From positions 352,001 through 416,000 of the forward strand of contig CBDBCZ010000018.1 of NCBI GenBank assembly GCA_965203295.1: 64,000 nt of DNA, read 5' to 3'. The translations under genes were made by a program, and so were the position numbers. Shown here one piece after another: positions 11,093 to 23,235 of this stretch. Source of the stretch: Nitrospirales bacterium (GTDB taxonomy: Bacteria > Nitrospirota > Nitrospiria > Nitrospirales > UBA8639). How positions within the stretch are numbered: position 1 is the first letter of the stretch; each line of letters starts with the position of its first letter. Below the pieces are notes generated by a model. It saw only the letters and a program-made list of their open reading frames with translations. It had not been told where the DNA came from and did no database searches.

Positions 11093-12956
11093 TTAAGTCC
11101 TCTTGGATAGCTAAAAAAGCTGGTGAGTAGCAGCTTTGGAGCTGTGTGAGGAAAACCTCTTGGTAAGGTGGTGGCTTTTAGAAAAGCCGGTCAGTGAAGT
11201 GTTGGCTTTTAAAAAGCCGGTGAGTAGCAGCTTTGGAGCAGTGTTAGCAAAATCTCATGGTAAGGTGGTGGCTTTTAGAAAAGCCGGTGCAAAGTAGAAA
11301 ACAGTACAAGGAGAAAATAAAATAGAAGCAGTGTCTAAATTAAGGCATGATAAGTAATGTTGCTGTCTTAGTAACAATAGATGCTAAAGGTGTAGCTAAA
11401 TTAAATGTTAAACTCCACAAAAACGGCATGAGCGAATTGAAGTGTACATAACTGAATAGACGTAATATTTATAATACACTTTATGCATTTTTAGTGAGCC
11501 TACATCTACCAAAACATAGCTATTGGTGTTGGTGATACAAAAAACAAAGAGATAATGCGAAAAATGGGATGTTTCGTGTACTTGAACTAAAAATTTCTTT
11601 CTCTCACCTTGTACAAAGATGTGATCAATACCCCCGAATACTGGAAGTTCTTTGTCAGATATTTCCATGCAAAATAGGGCACCTGGTCGAAAGTCCACCC
11701 CGAGCACAGTGACAGCTGACACGCTTAAATACAAGAAAATAAATTGCTGCTGTGAGACTACTCCAAAGTGCACACATGCATGTATACTTTCGCAAAGTCG
11801 TGTGTAATGTTAATCTCACCTCTGCACAGATGAGCACCCAGGGAATTCCTCTGCTGCAACTTCTCTGGCACCAGATGGGAGCCCAGGAAGCTCTACTGCA
11901 TTTTTCTATGGTGATAAAAGCATTGCATGCATACATAAATGAACCAGCTACACTAATTAGAAAGAAGCCGTAAGTTTATTTTTTGGTTGTCTGTTCTGCT
12001 AGTACAGTGATACCTGTTAAAAATATCAAATTTGTATTACGTTACTGAGTTGAAATTTCTCGCACACTAACAAGAAAATATTAATTAAACTCTACTTGTT
12101 GTACAGTATGTATTACTCTGATAGTGTATTTAATGCTGCAGTAAAGTAGATCGTACCTCTCCCTACTTCGTCGCCCTTGTAGAGAAACTTTGATGGCTCG
12201 ACCCCTGGTGCAGACAGCATCTGAAGGCAAATGTAGTGCTGGTGCTTGGTGGCAATGGTGTAGGGCAGGTTCTTGAAGGTCTTGCCCACCATGCTCTTAA
12301 TGTGAGCATTTTTTTTGCCTCAAATCGCATGCACCATTGGTTTCGGAGGGTCCAAACCTACACATGCATGCAAAAAAACAAAATTTGAACTAGACTTCGG
12401 CATGATTGACATTAAATTAGTTTAACATTCGATAGATGCCATAATAAAGAAGGTTCATAGTCTGTCTAAGTCTCTCTTTATCCCTAAGCTGCATCCTTAC
12501 ACCGCAATACATGTAGATCACTTTACTGTACGATTACACAAACAGTTAACATAGTTAACTCCGATGTATACTTACAGCTTCATCTGCTGTGGAAGGTGTA
12601 TCAGGTAGTGCACTTTAGGCACCATGCTTCCAGGGTACAGCTGGTTGTACTGCCTGAGGTATTCCTGCACAAGCAGTGTCATTGTGCTGGCTGTGACCTC
12701 AGTCATTTCCACTGCTGTGGCATGAGTGACCACCCGCAATAGTTGGATGTAGCACTTCCAGTGTTTGTCACTCTCAGGAACGTGTTTCCAACCATCAGTG
12801 GCAGTAGTCGCCCCAGCAACCCACATCTGTGAAGCTAATGATACAAAGCAATAGTAAATTCAAGTTGATTTTTGCTACGAAATAAATGAAAGTATTTCAC
12901 TGTGTTACTGAGTGGACGAATTCACACAAAATTTATATTAATTATATTATCATTAT

Positions 12957-14566
12957 GTAATAGTTATTAACCGGTGCCGAGGTTTGTATCGTGTTTATAA
13001 GCACGAAGCCCAAGGGCGCGAAGCGCCCGCAGGCTGTGTGATTATAAACACGATACAAACCTCGGCACCGGTTAATAGGTGTTTTCTAGACTGTACGCAT
13101 GCGCGGAGTAGATCAAGGACCCTAGGGGCTAATTGGCTTGGCAACAGACGCCGATTGTATGAGACGCGCTGCGCTTAGTAACGGCATAATTCAATTCAGA
13201 AGGTAGAAACGGTGAGCTATACTGAGTGTCATGAGCGAACAAAGCCTACGCGACTTTCTCGGATTCGAGTGGGATGACGGCTACTTCCAAGATCAGCCCC
13301 GCCCTCCTAACGCCAAGCGAGCCAAAACATGATTCCGTCAACCCATCGGCTCCAGACTTCCTCAACAAAGACGACATACGCTTTAACGGCTTGCTTACCG
13401 TTATGGATAATCGCTTCAAGGAGGTACATGTTGACGGAGTAAGCAGTAACTCCAAACATACAGATATTTTGACGAAAGAGGAGGAGGGTCGTCTATGGGA
13501 AAGTGGAGTACTAAACAGTTCCACCCCTATGGGACTGCTCAGAGCTGTGTTTTTCCTCAATGGAAAGAACTGCCTGCGAGGAAGAGATGAACACACAAAT
13601 CTCCGGATATCGCAAATGAGGCGATACTACAACCCACACAAATATATATACACAGAAAATGCATCGAAAAATCGACAAGGTGGTCTGAAGCAGCTGAGAG
13701 TCGAGAACAAATCTGTTCCTATCCTTGCCACTCCGGAAGCTGGCAACAGATGTCATGTCCACATCTTGGATCTGTATCTCAGCAAGTTGCCACCCATTGC
13801 AAAAGATAAAGACCTCTTTTACTGGAGACCTTTCGATACAGTTCCCAAGGATGCAGCCGCTCCATGGTACATGGCCAGCCCTGTAGGAAAGAATGTTTTA
13901 GGTGACATGATGAAGAACATATGCAAAGAAGCTGGGATTGTGGGAACGAAGACTAACCATTCTCTCAGAGCAACTGGAGCATCAGAGCTTTTTGCAGCTG
14001 GTGTTCCAGAGAGAATCATACAGCAACGTACTGGACACCGGTCACTGGATGCCCTAAGACTGTATGAACGACCAACTGAGCAGCAACAGCAAGCCGTATC
14101 ATCTGTTCTTGCTTCTGCATGCGGCACCCACACCATACAGTTCTGCATTAATGCAGCAAACTCCGCACTTGCCAGCAGTACCTGCACCACCAGTAGCAGA
14201 TCCTACTAGAAGTTTCCAAATGCTACCAGCACCAACACAAAATTTCTATAACTGTACAGTGAACATCTACAATGCACCAACTTATACTTCACGTAGTGGA
14301 GTAGCAGCAGCCTTCACCTCTTCTCACAGTAGTATTCACGACAATATCCTAGATGGACTCGACATGCATAGATGCATTCTTGTCTGACTTTCAGTAACGT
14401 TCACCTGTACTGGGCACTGTATATACCCTCAAGAACTGTATTAAAATTTGCATAGCTTGCAGAACTATATGAAGCTTTTGCCCACCCTGAGGAGATAAAT
14501 ACACTATCTGTGGAATAAATATTTTTATTTAGAAATGCGAGCAACAGCATGGCAACAGTCTAGAAA
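12957..14566 (+). mobile_element. Crypton-type tyrosine-recombinase DNA transposon
   Basis: Absent at the homologous site ~34195 (attataa|tcata). Has a terminal hairpin at 12965-13077 and inverted ttttctagactgt (~13082) / acagtctagaaaa (~14555). Confidence 0.8.
13274..14209 (+). CDS. Crypton tyrosine recombinase (DUF3504-like), probably N-terminally truncated
   Basis: LRGRDEH, YTENASKNRQGG, KTNHSLRATGAS and RTGHRSLDALRLY give the R..HxxR..H..Y catalytic set. Confidence 0.85.
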   Translation: MTATSKISPALLTPSEPKHDSVNPSAPDFLNKDDIRFNGLLTVMDNRFKEVHVDGVSSNSKHTDILTKEEEGRLWESGVLNSSTPMGLLRAVFFLNGKNCLRGRDEHTNLRISQMRRYYNPHKYIYTENASKNRQGGLKQLRVENKSVPILATPEAGNRCHVHILDLYLSKLPPIAKDKDLFYWRPFDTVPKDAAAPWYMASPVGKNVLGDMMKNICKEAGIVGTKTNHSLRATGASELFAAGVPERIIQQRTGHRSLDALRLYERPTEQQQQAVSSVLASACGTHTIQFCINAANSALASSTCTTSSRSY

Positions 14567-16269
14567 ATCATATAAAAGAAATACTAAGACAAACACTGAT
14601 CGAAAAGAGCTACTCACCTGATTGCCCCAATTTTGTTGAGTTATCACTTTCAAGACGATCAACTGATTCACCCCGTAGGTTGTGGAGAAGCTGTCTGACA
14701 ATCCTGGAGCTGAGTCCAATAGGAGGCACTGTCGTCTGTGCCTGTCAAGGCTCCTTAGTTGGTACTTGGAGGCATTGAACTGTAGTGAAGAAGTTCTGTA
14801 TACCATTATGTATGTAGCTATTTGGCCCAAATTGCAAAAATTAACCTGTATGTAGGGGTCTGTGGGTATGTTCTTAAGTAGCCCCACCCCTGTTGTGGCT
14901 TGCGTATGTGTTCTTGAGTTTGTCCCTCGTCACTAACTATTGACATGATGACTACCAGTGACAACATACCTTCGTATGAAGATGCTGAGGTAGAATCGTG
15001 CATGTTTGGCATTTCTGTATGTCGAAGCGCTTTCCTTGTACCCCCCAGCACAGCTTGCAGCGGGAGAATCTTCAAGAAATGCAAGCAAGCATGGCAGTAT
15101 GAGACCCAAGCTATATAGTGACTGTGCACATACGTATGTTGCCTGTCCAAGTTCTTCCAACCCTGAACTATGTATGTGTAGTCTGGAACCCCCTCCCCCT
15201 CCCCCCTCCCCCCACCGGAAAAAGGACCGGCTTTCGTTGAAAGAAGCCCCTCAGACTCTTTCCTTCCATTGCCAATTACTGTTGCTGTCACCTCATCCAT
15301 CACTCTTATTTTAACTGTTAACCAGCCAAGTTTTTCAAGTGTTATAGTTCATTTATGTTCTCTGTATTTTATTGAATATTAATATTCTATTAAGTACATG
15401 CTCTTTTCTATTGGCACATAATTGCGCCCTTGGCTAGGAAAGTTTTGTACCAACATGTGTGGCAGTTTCAATATAAAAAAATTATTAACAGATCCTAATG
15501 ATTAAAATGATATAACATGATATTGCTATACTTAACTCAATTTCCGTAATGATTAAATAACATGATTGCTGTACTTCATTTTTGTTTTACGAAGACTACC
15601 TGGAGGTGGAAAAGAATGCTGAATTGAGGTGTGGTCAATGAAACCACTGCATTTATAATACTTCTTCGCAATTGGGCGGGTGTGGTTTTGGCTGCTGGCC
15701 ATGGGACCGGCGCCGGCTCCGGCTCCGGCCCACATCGATTTTTAAAATATTCTGCGCAGTTCTCCTAAGATAGAAATACTCTTAAAAGGATATGCATACA
15801 ATTGTGTCATACGTGTTGTAAATAATCTTCGTCTGCACCTTGGGATGGAAGTTGCATAGCTGTATGATGGATACAAAAGTGTAAACCTTTGGAACATTCA
15901 TTTTCATAAAGTACACTGTACTTAAATCATAGGTCTGAGGAACGCACTCATTTCCATGTGCTGCAGTGTCCTTCAAGGATTGGAAAACATACCAGTAACT
16001 GAACTATTAAGCCATACCAAAATTACTTACTGCACACACATTGTGGGGATCTGCAGAGTTGTCCTATAGGGTTGAGAATGTACAATGCGTTAGTGTGAGC
16101 AATGCATGAAGACTATGCCACATACCAGGATCCCACCAGAGCAGCAATTTCCCATATTATTTCTTCCAAAAATCGCCGTAATTGTGTACACGTGTACGCA
16201 CGCTAGTCTCGTGCCCAGACCACACCCCTGCCGGGGAAAATATATTTTCTGTCAGTTGACGTTCTAACA

Positions 16270-18105
16270 AGCGTTCTAGTGTTCGAGTCTTGTAGGCTGG
16301 GCGGTTGTGTGTACTTCTCCCACTCCCTTACTGGCAACTTGTGTTCGAGTCTTGTAGGCAGGGCGGTTGTGTGTAGTTCTCCCGCGCCCCTGACCGGCGA
16401 CTTGTGTTCTAGTCTTGTAAGCAGGGCAGTTGGGTGTATGTCATCCCCTCCCTAATCGGAGACTTGTGTTCGAGTCTTGTAGGCAGGGGAATTGTATATC
16501 ACCCCCCTCCCTGATCGGTGACTTGGGTTCGAGTCTTGTAGGCAGGGCGGTTGTGTGTATGTCACCCCTTTCCCCTCCCTGATCGGCAACTTGTGTTCGA
16601 GTGTTGTAGGCAGGACAGTTGTGTGTATTTCACCCCCTCCCCCCTCCCTTACCGGCGACTTGTGTTAGAGTCTTGTAGGCAGGGCGGTTGTGTGTAGTTC
16701 TCCCCCGCCCCTGACCGGTGAATAGTGTTCGAGTCTTGTAGGCAGGGCGGTTGAGTGTATGTTACCCCCTCCCTGACCAGAAACTTGGTGTTTGAGTCTT
16801 GCAGGCAGGGCAGTTGTGTGTATGTCATCCATTCCCACCTCCCTGACCGGCGACTTGTGTTCGAGTCTTGTAGGCAGGGCGGTTGTATGTCACCCCTTCC
16901 CCCCTCCCTGACTGGCGACTTGTGTTCGAGTCCTGTAGACAGGGCGGTTGTGTGTATGTCACCCCCTCCCCCCTCCTTGACTGGCGACTTGCGTTTGAAA
17001 CTTGTAGGCAGGGCAGTTGTGTGTAGTTCCCCGTCCCTCCCCCCCCCCCCCCCCCCCTTCCTGACTGGCGACTTCTGTTCGAGTGTTGTGGGCAGAGCAG
17101 TTTTGTGTAGTTCTCCCCCGCCCCGGACCGGCGACTTGTGTTGGAGTCAGGTAGGCTGAGCGGTTGTGTGTATGTCACCCCCTCCCCCATCCCTTATCCA
17201 CGACTTGTGTTAGAGTCTTGTAGGCAGGGCGGTTGTGTGTAGTTCTCCCGCTCCCCTGACCGGCGACTTGTGTTTGAGTCTTGTAAGCAGGGCAGTTGTG
17301 TGTATGTCACCCCCTCCCCCATCCCTTATCCACGACTTGTGTTAGAGTCTTGTAGGCAGGGCGGTTGTGTGTAGTTCTCCCGCGCCCCTGATCGGCGACT
17401 TGTGTTCGAGTCTTGTAGGCAGGGCAGTTGTATGTCACCCCCTCCCTGATTGGTGACTTGGGTTCGAGTCTTGTAAGCAGAGCGGTTGTGTGTAGCTCTC
17501 TCCTACCCCTGACCGGCGACTTGCGTTCGAGTCTTGTAAGCAGGGCAGTTGTGTGTAGATCTCTCCTGCCCCTGACCGGCGACTTGTGTTTGAGTCTTGT
17601 AGGCAGGGCGGTTGTGTGTAGTTCTCCCGCTCCCCTGACCGGCGACTTGTGTTTGAGTCTTGTAAGCAGGGCAGTTGTGTGTATGTCACCCCCTCCCCCA
17701 TCCCTTATCCACGACTTGTGTTAGAGTCTTGTAGGCAGGGCGGTTGTGTGTAGTTCTCCCGCGCCCCTGATCGGCGACTTGTGTTCGAGTCTTGTAGGCA
17801 GGGCAGTTGTATGTCACCCCCTCCCTGATCGGTGACTTGGGTTCGAGTCTTGTAATCAGAGCGGTTGTGTGTAGCTCTCTCCTACCCCTGACCGGCGACT
17901 TGCGTTCGAGTCTTGTAAGCAGGGCAGTTGTGTGTAGATCTCTCCTGCCCCTGACCGGCGACTTGTGTTTGGTCTTGTAGGCAAAGCGGTTGTGTGTAAG
18001 TCACCCCTCCCCCCTCCCTGATCGGCAACTTGTATTCAAGTGTTGTAGGCTGGGCGGTTGTAAGTCACCCCTTCCCGTTCTCCCTGACCGGCGACTTGTG
18101 TTTAC
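16270..18105. repeat. ~60-65 bp satellite array with a ~379-bp higher-order repeat
   Basis: Unit is roughly cctgaccggcgacttgtgttcgagtcttgtaggcagggcggttgtgtgta plus a C-rich linker. The block at 17281 recurs at 17660. Confidence 0.9.
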
Positions 18106-18168
18106 AGAGGTTTACAAGTTGGTTTTCCACAGGAGAAGGCAAATAGGCAGTGACTCTCAAGTATTTAA

Positions 18169-18796
18169 CCCTTTAAACCCCGTAGACGTCTACATACGTC
18201 ATAAATATTGAACGCGTACATTACCGTCGACGTGTGTACGCGTCATTGAATATGATCGAGACTCTACCGGAAAGTGACGCTCCAGGGAGATCCCCACTGT
18301 GGTTAGTGACGCTCCAGCGGACAGATTCTTTCATTTTAGCACTATTTTCAGGGACTTACCCAGGTAGATCACGAGAAAATCCGCAATGTTCACGAACCGA
18401 TAAAATATAGAGCAGAATTCTAGGCTATTGTACGGCAGTAGCAGTTCGAAAATATGGCTAGCTGTCTCCTACAATACCGCTGCAAGTCTATGGACGTCTC
18501 GCTTGTCCTTCAGGGCGTCATTCCCAGAAAGTAAGTGGCGATGATATTTAATTATCGTTCGGTATCGAAAATCCGCTGCCGCTTGGCACTTTCCTTCCGT
18601 CAATCATGCTTGAATCCGACATCAAATGAAAGCTTGGGAGCTCTACTCTTCAGTTCTGTAGAGAGTTTAGTCCAAGTCATCCCCCGTCTTTCGTTACAAA
18701 GCCATAAACCGAACATACTACCGTCCTCGTGCCGTAATTAAATTATTGTGGTAATTGACTGACGTAATGCGCATGCGCAATACGGGGTATAAAGGG
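18169..18796. mobile_element. piggyBac-type MITE
   Basis: TTAA at 18165-18168 and 18797-18800. TIRs ccctttaaaccccgta / tacggggtataaaggg, sharing CCCTTTATACCC with the piggyBac end at 11092. Confidence 0.85.
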
Positions 18797-19036
18797 TTAA
18801 CACACACACACATACAGGCAGTATACACTTTGTGTCTGTGTGGGAAGAAAAAACGAACACATTCAGCCTGGCCAAATGCTTTCGGCACAGTCCGTTCAGC
18901 CTCACGAGGTTAACAAGCTCCATCGATATAGTCTTGCTCTGGCCATTGGTGTAGCCATGTAAGAATCCACCACGTATGGCTGTTGCCAACGTAATAATAC
19001 GCTGGTCCTTAACAAAGAGCATGTTCAAACATTTAT

Positions 19037-19216
19037 CAGAGAGGAGAAAGTTGGTTAGGAAGATTAGGAGTTTAGTAGGGGCAGAAAGATGGGGTGAGGA
19101 ATATGACAGATATGTAGAAGAGAAGATGGCGTTGTTAGGAAAGAGGGTGGAAGGGGTGGAGAGGGATGTGATGGATGTAGTACACGGGTGGTTGTTAAAG
19201 GAGTTGCTGGTGTGGT
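19037..19216 (+). repeat. Short duplicated piece of the LINE fragment at ~6490-6670
   Basis: cagagaggagaaagttggttaggaagattagg...ggtgtggt is near-identical to 6488-6670 and 50935-51115. Confidence 0.8.
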
Positions 19217-19511
19217 TTACTCCAACGCAAATGATATGCACGAGGTAAATTAATTCGCCTACGGTGACGCCCAAGATGACGTAATTTCCGTGTGCAATGA
19301 GTTAATGCTCTGCCTTGAATACAAGTTATGAGGGCAAGTCACATGCAAGTCGAATAGGAGTTAATCTTGTATTTCACGCCATATAACTGCACTGTAGTAG
19401 GCATTAATTAAAATATCAGTCCTGTAGTGACTTTATTTCCACCTGTACTGCCTCAATGTGTATGGCCTACCTTCGCAGAGAGAGCATCATTGTATTCTTC
19501 TGAGCCTACTT

Positions 19512-21544
19512 CTAGCTGCTCACAAATAGGTCGGCCCTAATAGTGGAAAAATTAATGGGTGTGAAATTTCCCAGCTGGTTCACCATTCCCATAAAACGAC
19601 GTAGCTCGGGGACGGTTGTTGGTGGCTTCATGTCTCGGATGGCCGAAGTTTTCTCTGGGTCGGCCCGAATGCCCGTCTCGTCAATCACGTGACCGAGGAA
19701 GTTGATGGATGTCTTGGCAAATTTGCATTCCTGCGTGTTGAGCGTTACTCTAGGGAGCACCGCTCGCAGCCTGGCATCGTGTTGTGCCCTGTCGCTCCCG
19801 AACACCAGTACATCGTCCATCTGGCACACTACACCGCTGAGGCGTGTCAGGATTCTGGTCATGCGCTTTTGAAAGTGTTCAGGTGCACTGGAGATCCCGA
19901 ATGGCTGTTTGTTGAAACAATACCGCCCAGATGGTGTGATGAACGTGGTCAACAGGTGAGAGGCAGGAGAGAGGGGGATCTGCCAGAAACCACTGTTTGC
20001 GTCCAACTTGGTGAACAGCTTGGCTCCAGTCAATTGGGCAAGGGTGTCGTCCACCTTAGGGAGGGGGGTGGACTTCTCGTAGCACGCTCTGGTTGAGGGG
20101 TTTCAGATCCACGCAGATCCGTATAGCTCCCGACTTTTTCGGGGCCACCACCATGCCTGCACACCAGGGAGTTGGGACATCTACTTTCGACATTACTCCC
20201 ATGGTCTCCATTCGCTCGAGCTCTTCTGCGACCTCTCTCAGTGGAAGCGGGACACAGCGTGGTGTGAAGAGAGAGAACGGTGTAGCTCCTGGTTTGAGCT
20301 TGATCTCGAACGGGTTTCCCAAATTTCCCAACCCTTGAAAGAGCTTCGGAAATTTCGTGTGGATGTAGGGCTCGGTGAGTGGGGGCTCGGTGAGTGGGGG
20401 CTCGTCCCCAACGGTGTCAACGTCGTCGAGTCGTGCGGCGAGGTGGAGGGCTCGGATTGCAGGGAGTCCCAGGAGGTTGACTTGAAGCCCTTTCACCACG
20501 AACAGCTGTTGTTTGCTTGACCTCTGCTTGTAAGTAAAGTTGACACAGCACTGGCCTACAACTGGCAGTGGCTTCCTGGAAAGGCCACAAAAGATTCAGT
20601 TAGGGGTGTCGAGTGGTGGTAAGTCAGGTATCTGCTTGTAGGTCTTCTCATAAACAGCTGTCACCTCAGCGCCTGTGTCTAGCTTGAAGGTGACATCATG
20701 TTTTCCCACCTTGATGTCTGCGAACCAGGCAGATTCCTGGGTGGATAGGCTTGTCACGTCCAGAAAGGCTGTGTCCAGACCTGACGCTGCTGCAAGGTTC
20801 TTCGTGAGACACTGTGCCCCATAGTGACCTTTCTTCTGACACTTGTGGCAGATTGCGTCCTTTGCTGGGCACTTGTTGTGGGCGTGCTGCTCTTTGCCAC
20901 AGCGTGTGCTCTGCTTGGAGCCAGGGGTCTGCTTTGTGTTGCTGCTTCCAGCGCCAGCGCGGGTGCTGTGGTGCTGCTGATCGGTGCGACGGGGATCATT
21001 ATGTTTCCTGCGATCGACACGCCTGTGAACTGCCTCGAGGTTGGGGGTATCGGCTCCGCTGAAGAGGTTGTGCTGGTCGTGGACCGCTTCCCACTGGCGG
21101 ATACTTTTCTTTACCTTTTCCAGTGTAAGGTCGGCCTCCAGTTGCAATTGCTGGGAGAGGGAGGAGTCTCGGATCCCCACGATTAGCCGGATCATCTCGC
21201 TCACTAGCGCTCCGTAGTTACAGTTGGCTGCGAGTTTGTACAGAGCCATTATGTACTGCTCTGAGCTCTCACCGGGGAGCTGGTTCCTGAGGTTGAACCG
21301 CGCCCGTTCGAAGATGACATTCCGGCCGACTTGGAAAAATGCTTCGAAATTTAGCGTTAGTGGAGGTCAAAACCGATTCGGCTTCTCCCAGACAGAAGAG
21401 TAATGCGCTGACTTGCTTCTCGGCGGATTCCTCGCCGAGGCCTGACGCGACTCTGAACTGCTCGAACCGACTGCGCCAACGCGCCCATTCGTCGGGCGTC
21501 CTAAAGTTGAACGGCTCCGGCGGTTTGAGATGGAGAGTTGCCAT
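19512..21544 (-). pseudogene. Gypsy (Mag-like) gag-protease-RT, frameshifted and truncated after RT
   Basis: Gag: LKPPEPFNF..W..W..RFEQFR, with a knuckle CHKCQKKGHYGAQC. Protease: FKLDTGAEVT. RT: IRICVDLKPLN, KLDANSGFWQI, PFGISSAPE, QMDDVLV, LRRFMGMVN. Confidence 0.9.
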
Positions 21545-21577
21545 TTCGACGCTAGCGTACGATCACTGCTGCCACCA

Positions 21578-21701
21578 TGTAGTATTACTCGAAAACTCAA
21601 CTGAACATACAGGAAGTGTACAGCGGATATATACAGGGATACACACTAAATATAATACGTCATAATGCATAATACATGCATGCCAAATATAGTCCACTAC
21701 A
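21578..21701 (-). repeat. Gypsy 5' LTR with adjacent PBS
   Basis: Termini tgtagt...actaca. Immediately inside on the minus strand is tggtggcagcag (PBS-like), then the gag ATG. Copy at 56122-56254. Confidence 0.8.
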
Positions 21702-22394
21702 TTAGTTCAGTATTAATGCCACATTTCTTGAGGCAGATCTGGGAAGCCTTCCATATGCTTAGTGTCTTTAATGTCCATTACCATGGCAACCACTTTTCCC
21801 CACGCTTATAGCACTCAAAGGAGGCCACATACAGGGATCATTGCTATGCCAATGTACATTAGGTCAGTTTGGGTGAGGGATTAAACTCCTCTCTTTGCCT
21901 TTAAATTCCCTCACTCAAACTGACCTTTAACATAGGGAAGTCTTGAATTTACAGCTTGAGGGCATTTCCTAGAATTGAGGGCACCTGCATGTGTTTGTGT
22001 GTGTGTGAATGGGTATATGTGTAAGTATGTGTGTGTGTGTGTATGTATGGTCTGGCACAGGTATTGGTGCTCTACAGTGAAGATATCCTATCACAGATTA
22101 TTTGTAATTTTGGGGCATATGAGGAATGGTCCTTAATTCTCACCGGTTGTGAAGTTTTGAACTTTACTTCGAAATGTTTCATTTCATGCTTTCATGTTTT
22201 GTATGTGTACAGTGTGGAAGGCAGAAAGTCTGTTTCTGGTTTTGAATTGCACTTTTCCACTGCTAGGTGCAAAAAGGGGTACTTTTCTTTAAAATCCAGA
22301 CTTAATTGACACCACCCTGAAGTGCAATAATGTTCCTAACTCTTTTTGTTGAAATTGGAGTGCATGCATATATTTCACTATGTGGAGTAATCAA

Positions 22395-22750
22395 ATTTTT
22401 TCATTGAAGTGATGGTTGTTCCAGACATTAGGATATAATGGTGGGGGTGGGGAGTGGCAATTGGCCATGGGTGATCCAGGTGCTGATATATAAGGTGCAT
22501 GGGATATAGTGGTGGGGGCCGGGAAGGCTATTTCTCGAGCCTCCACCACACTCGACCCACCCCCAAAACTACAAAAAAAGAGAAACGAATGTGAGCAATT
22601 GGCCATGGGTGAGCCAGGTGCTGATATATAAGGTGCATGGGATAATAGTGGTGGGGGTTGGGAGTGTGGGCCGGGAAGGCTATTTCTTGAGCCTCCACCA
22701 CACTCGACCCACCCCCAAAACTACAAAAAAAAGAAGAAAAAAAAGAATTG
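22395..22750. repeat. Degenerate tandem repeat, also at ~36170-36620 and ~56960-57310
   Basis: Repeated ggccatgggtgatccaggtgctgatatataaggtgcatggg...gggaaggctatttctcgagcctccaccacactcgacccacccccaaaact units. Confidence 0.7.
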
Positions 22751-23235
22751 TCCCATCAAAAGGTTCGTGGAGTGCTGAGGTGCATAAAAGGAGCGGTTGT
22801 TTTTACTGTTGTGGTATACATACCGGTTTAGTCATGACTTGCAGGACGCCATGTTCCACAAATATTTGTGGCACCTGTAACGAGAAGGAATAATATATTA
22901 TTATAGTGAATGTCTTGCACAAAATGGCATATATGAATTCGAATCTGGGAGAAGCCCAGTCCAGTAAACAAATTGGCTGCATGTTCAGTAGCCATATTAT
23001 ATGTGAAGAATGGTGTCATGCCACTTAAAAACTCTGTTGTGCTCATGCATGCAGATCAAGAAAAATAAGTATACATAATTTATATATGTAGTGAAGCGGC
23101 ATTTTCATAAGATTAAAGTTGTTGAGTTGGTAGCTTCTATATATAGCATACACCAGAGACATGCAAAGAAATAGCTGAGTACTTTGTACGCTCATGCTAG
23201 GTGATGGTCTATCGCTATAGCATTACTACACTCCA

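Larger units (their letters stand above)
11408..15090 (-). pseudogene. Intron-containing EnSpm/CACTA-like transposase, family 1, copy A (interrupted by Crypton)
   Basis: Exon fragments SMVPKVHYLIHLPQQM, FGP..QWCMRFEAKK, STTYGVN and DKELPVFGGI. Homologous to 32113-35800, 47817-49330 and 63582-64000. Confidence 0.65.

Noticed and set aside
16270..18105. CRISPR-like appearance (constant core plus variable spacer)
   Set aside because: The linkers are low-complexity and similar to one another, the cores are degenerate, there are no cas genes, and the context is eukaryotic. It is a satellite.
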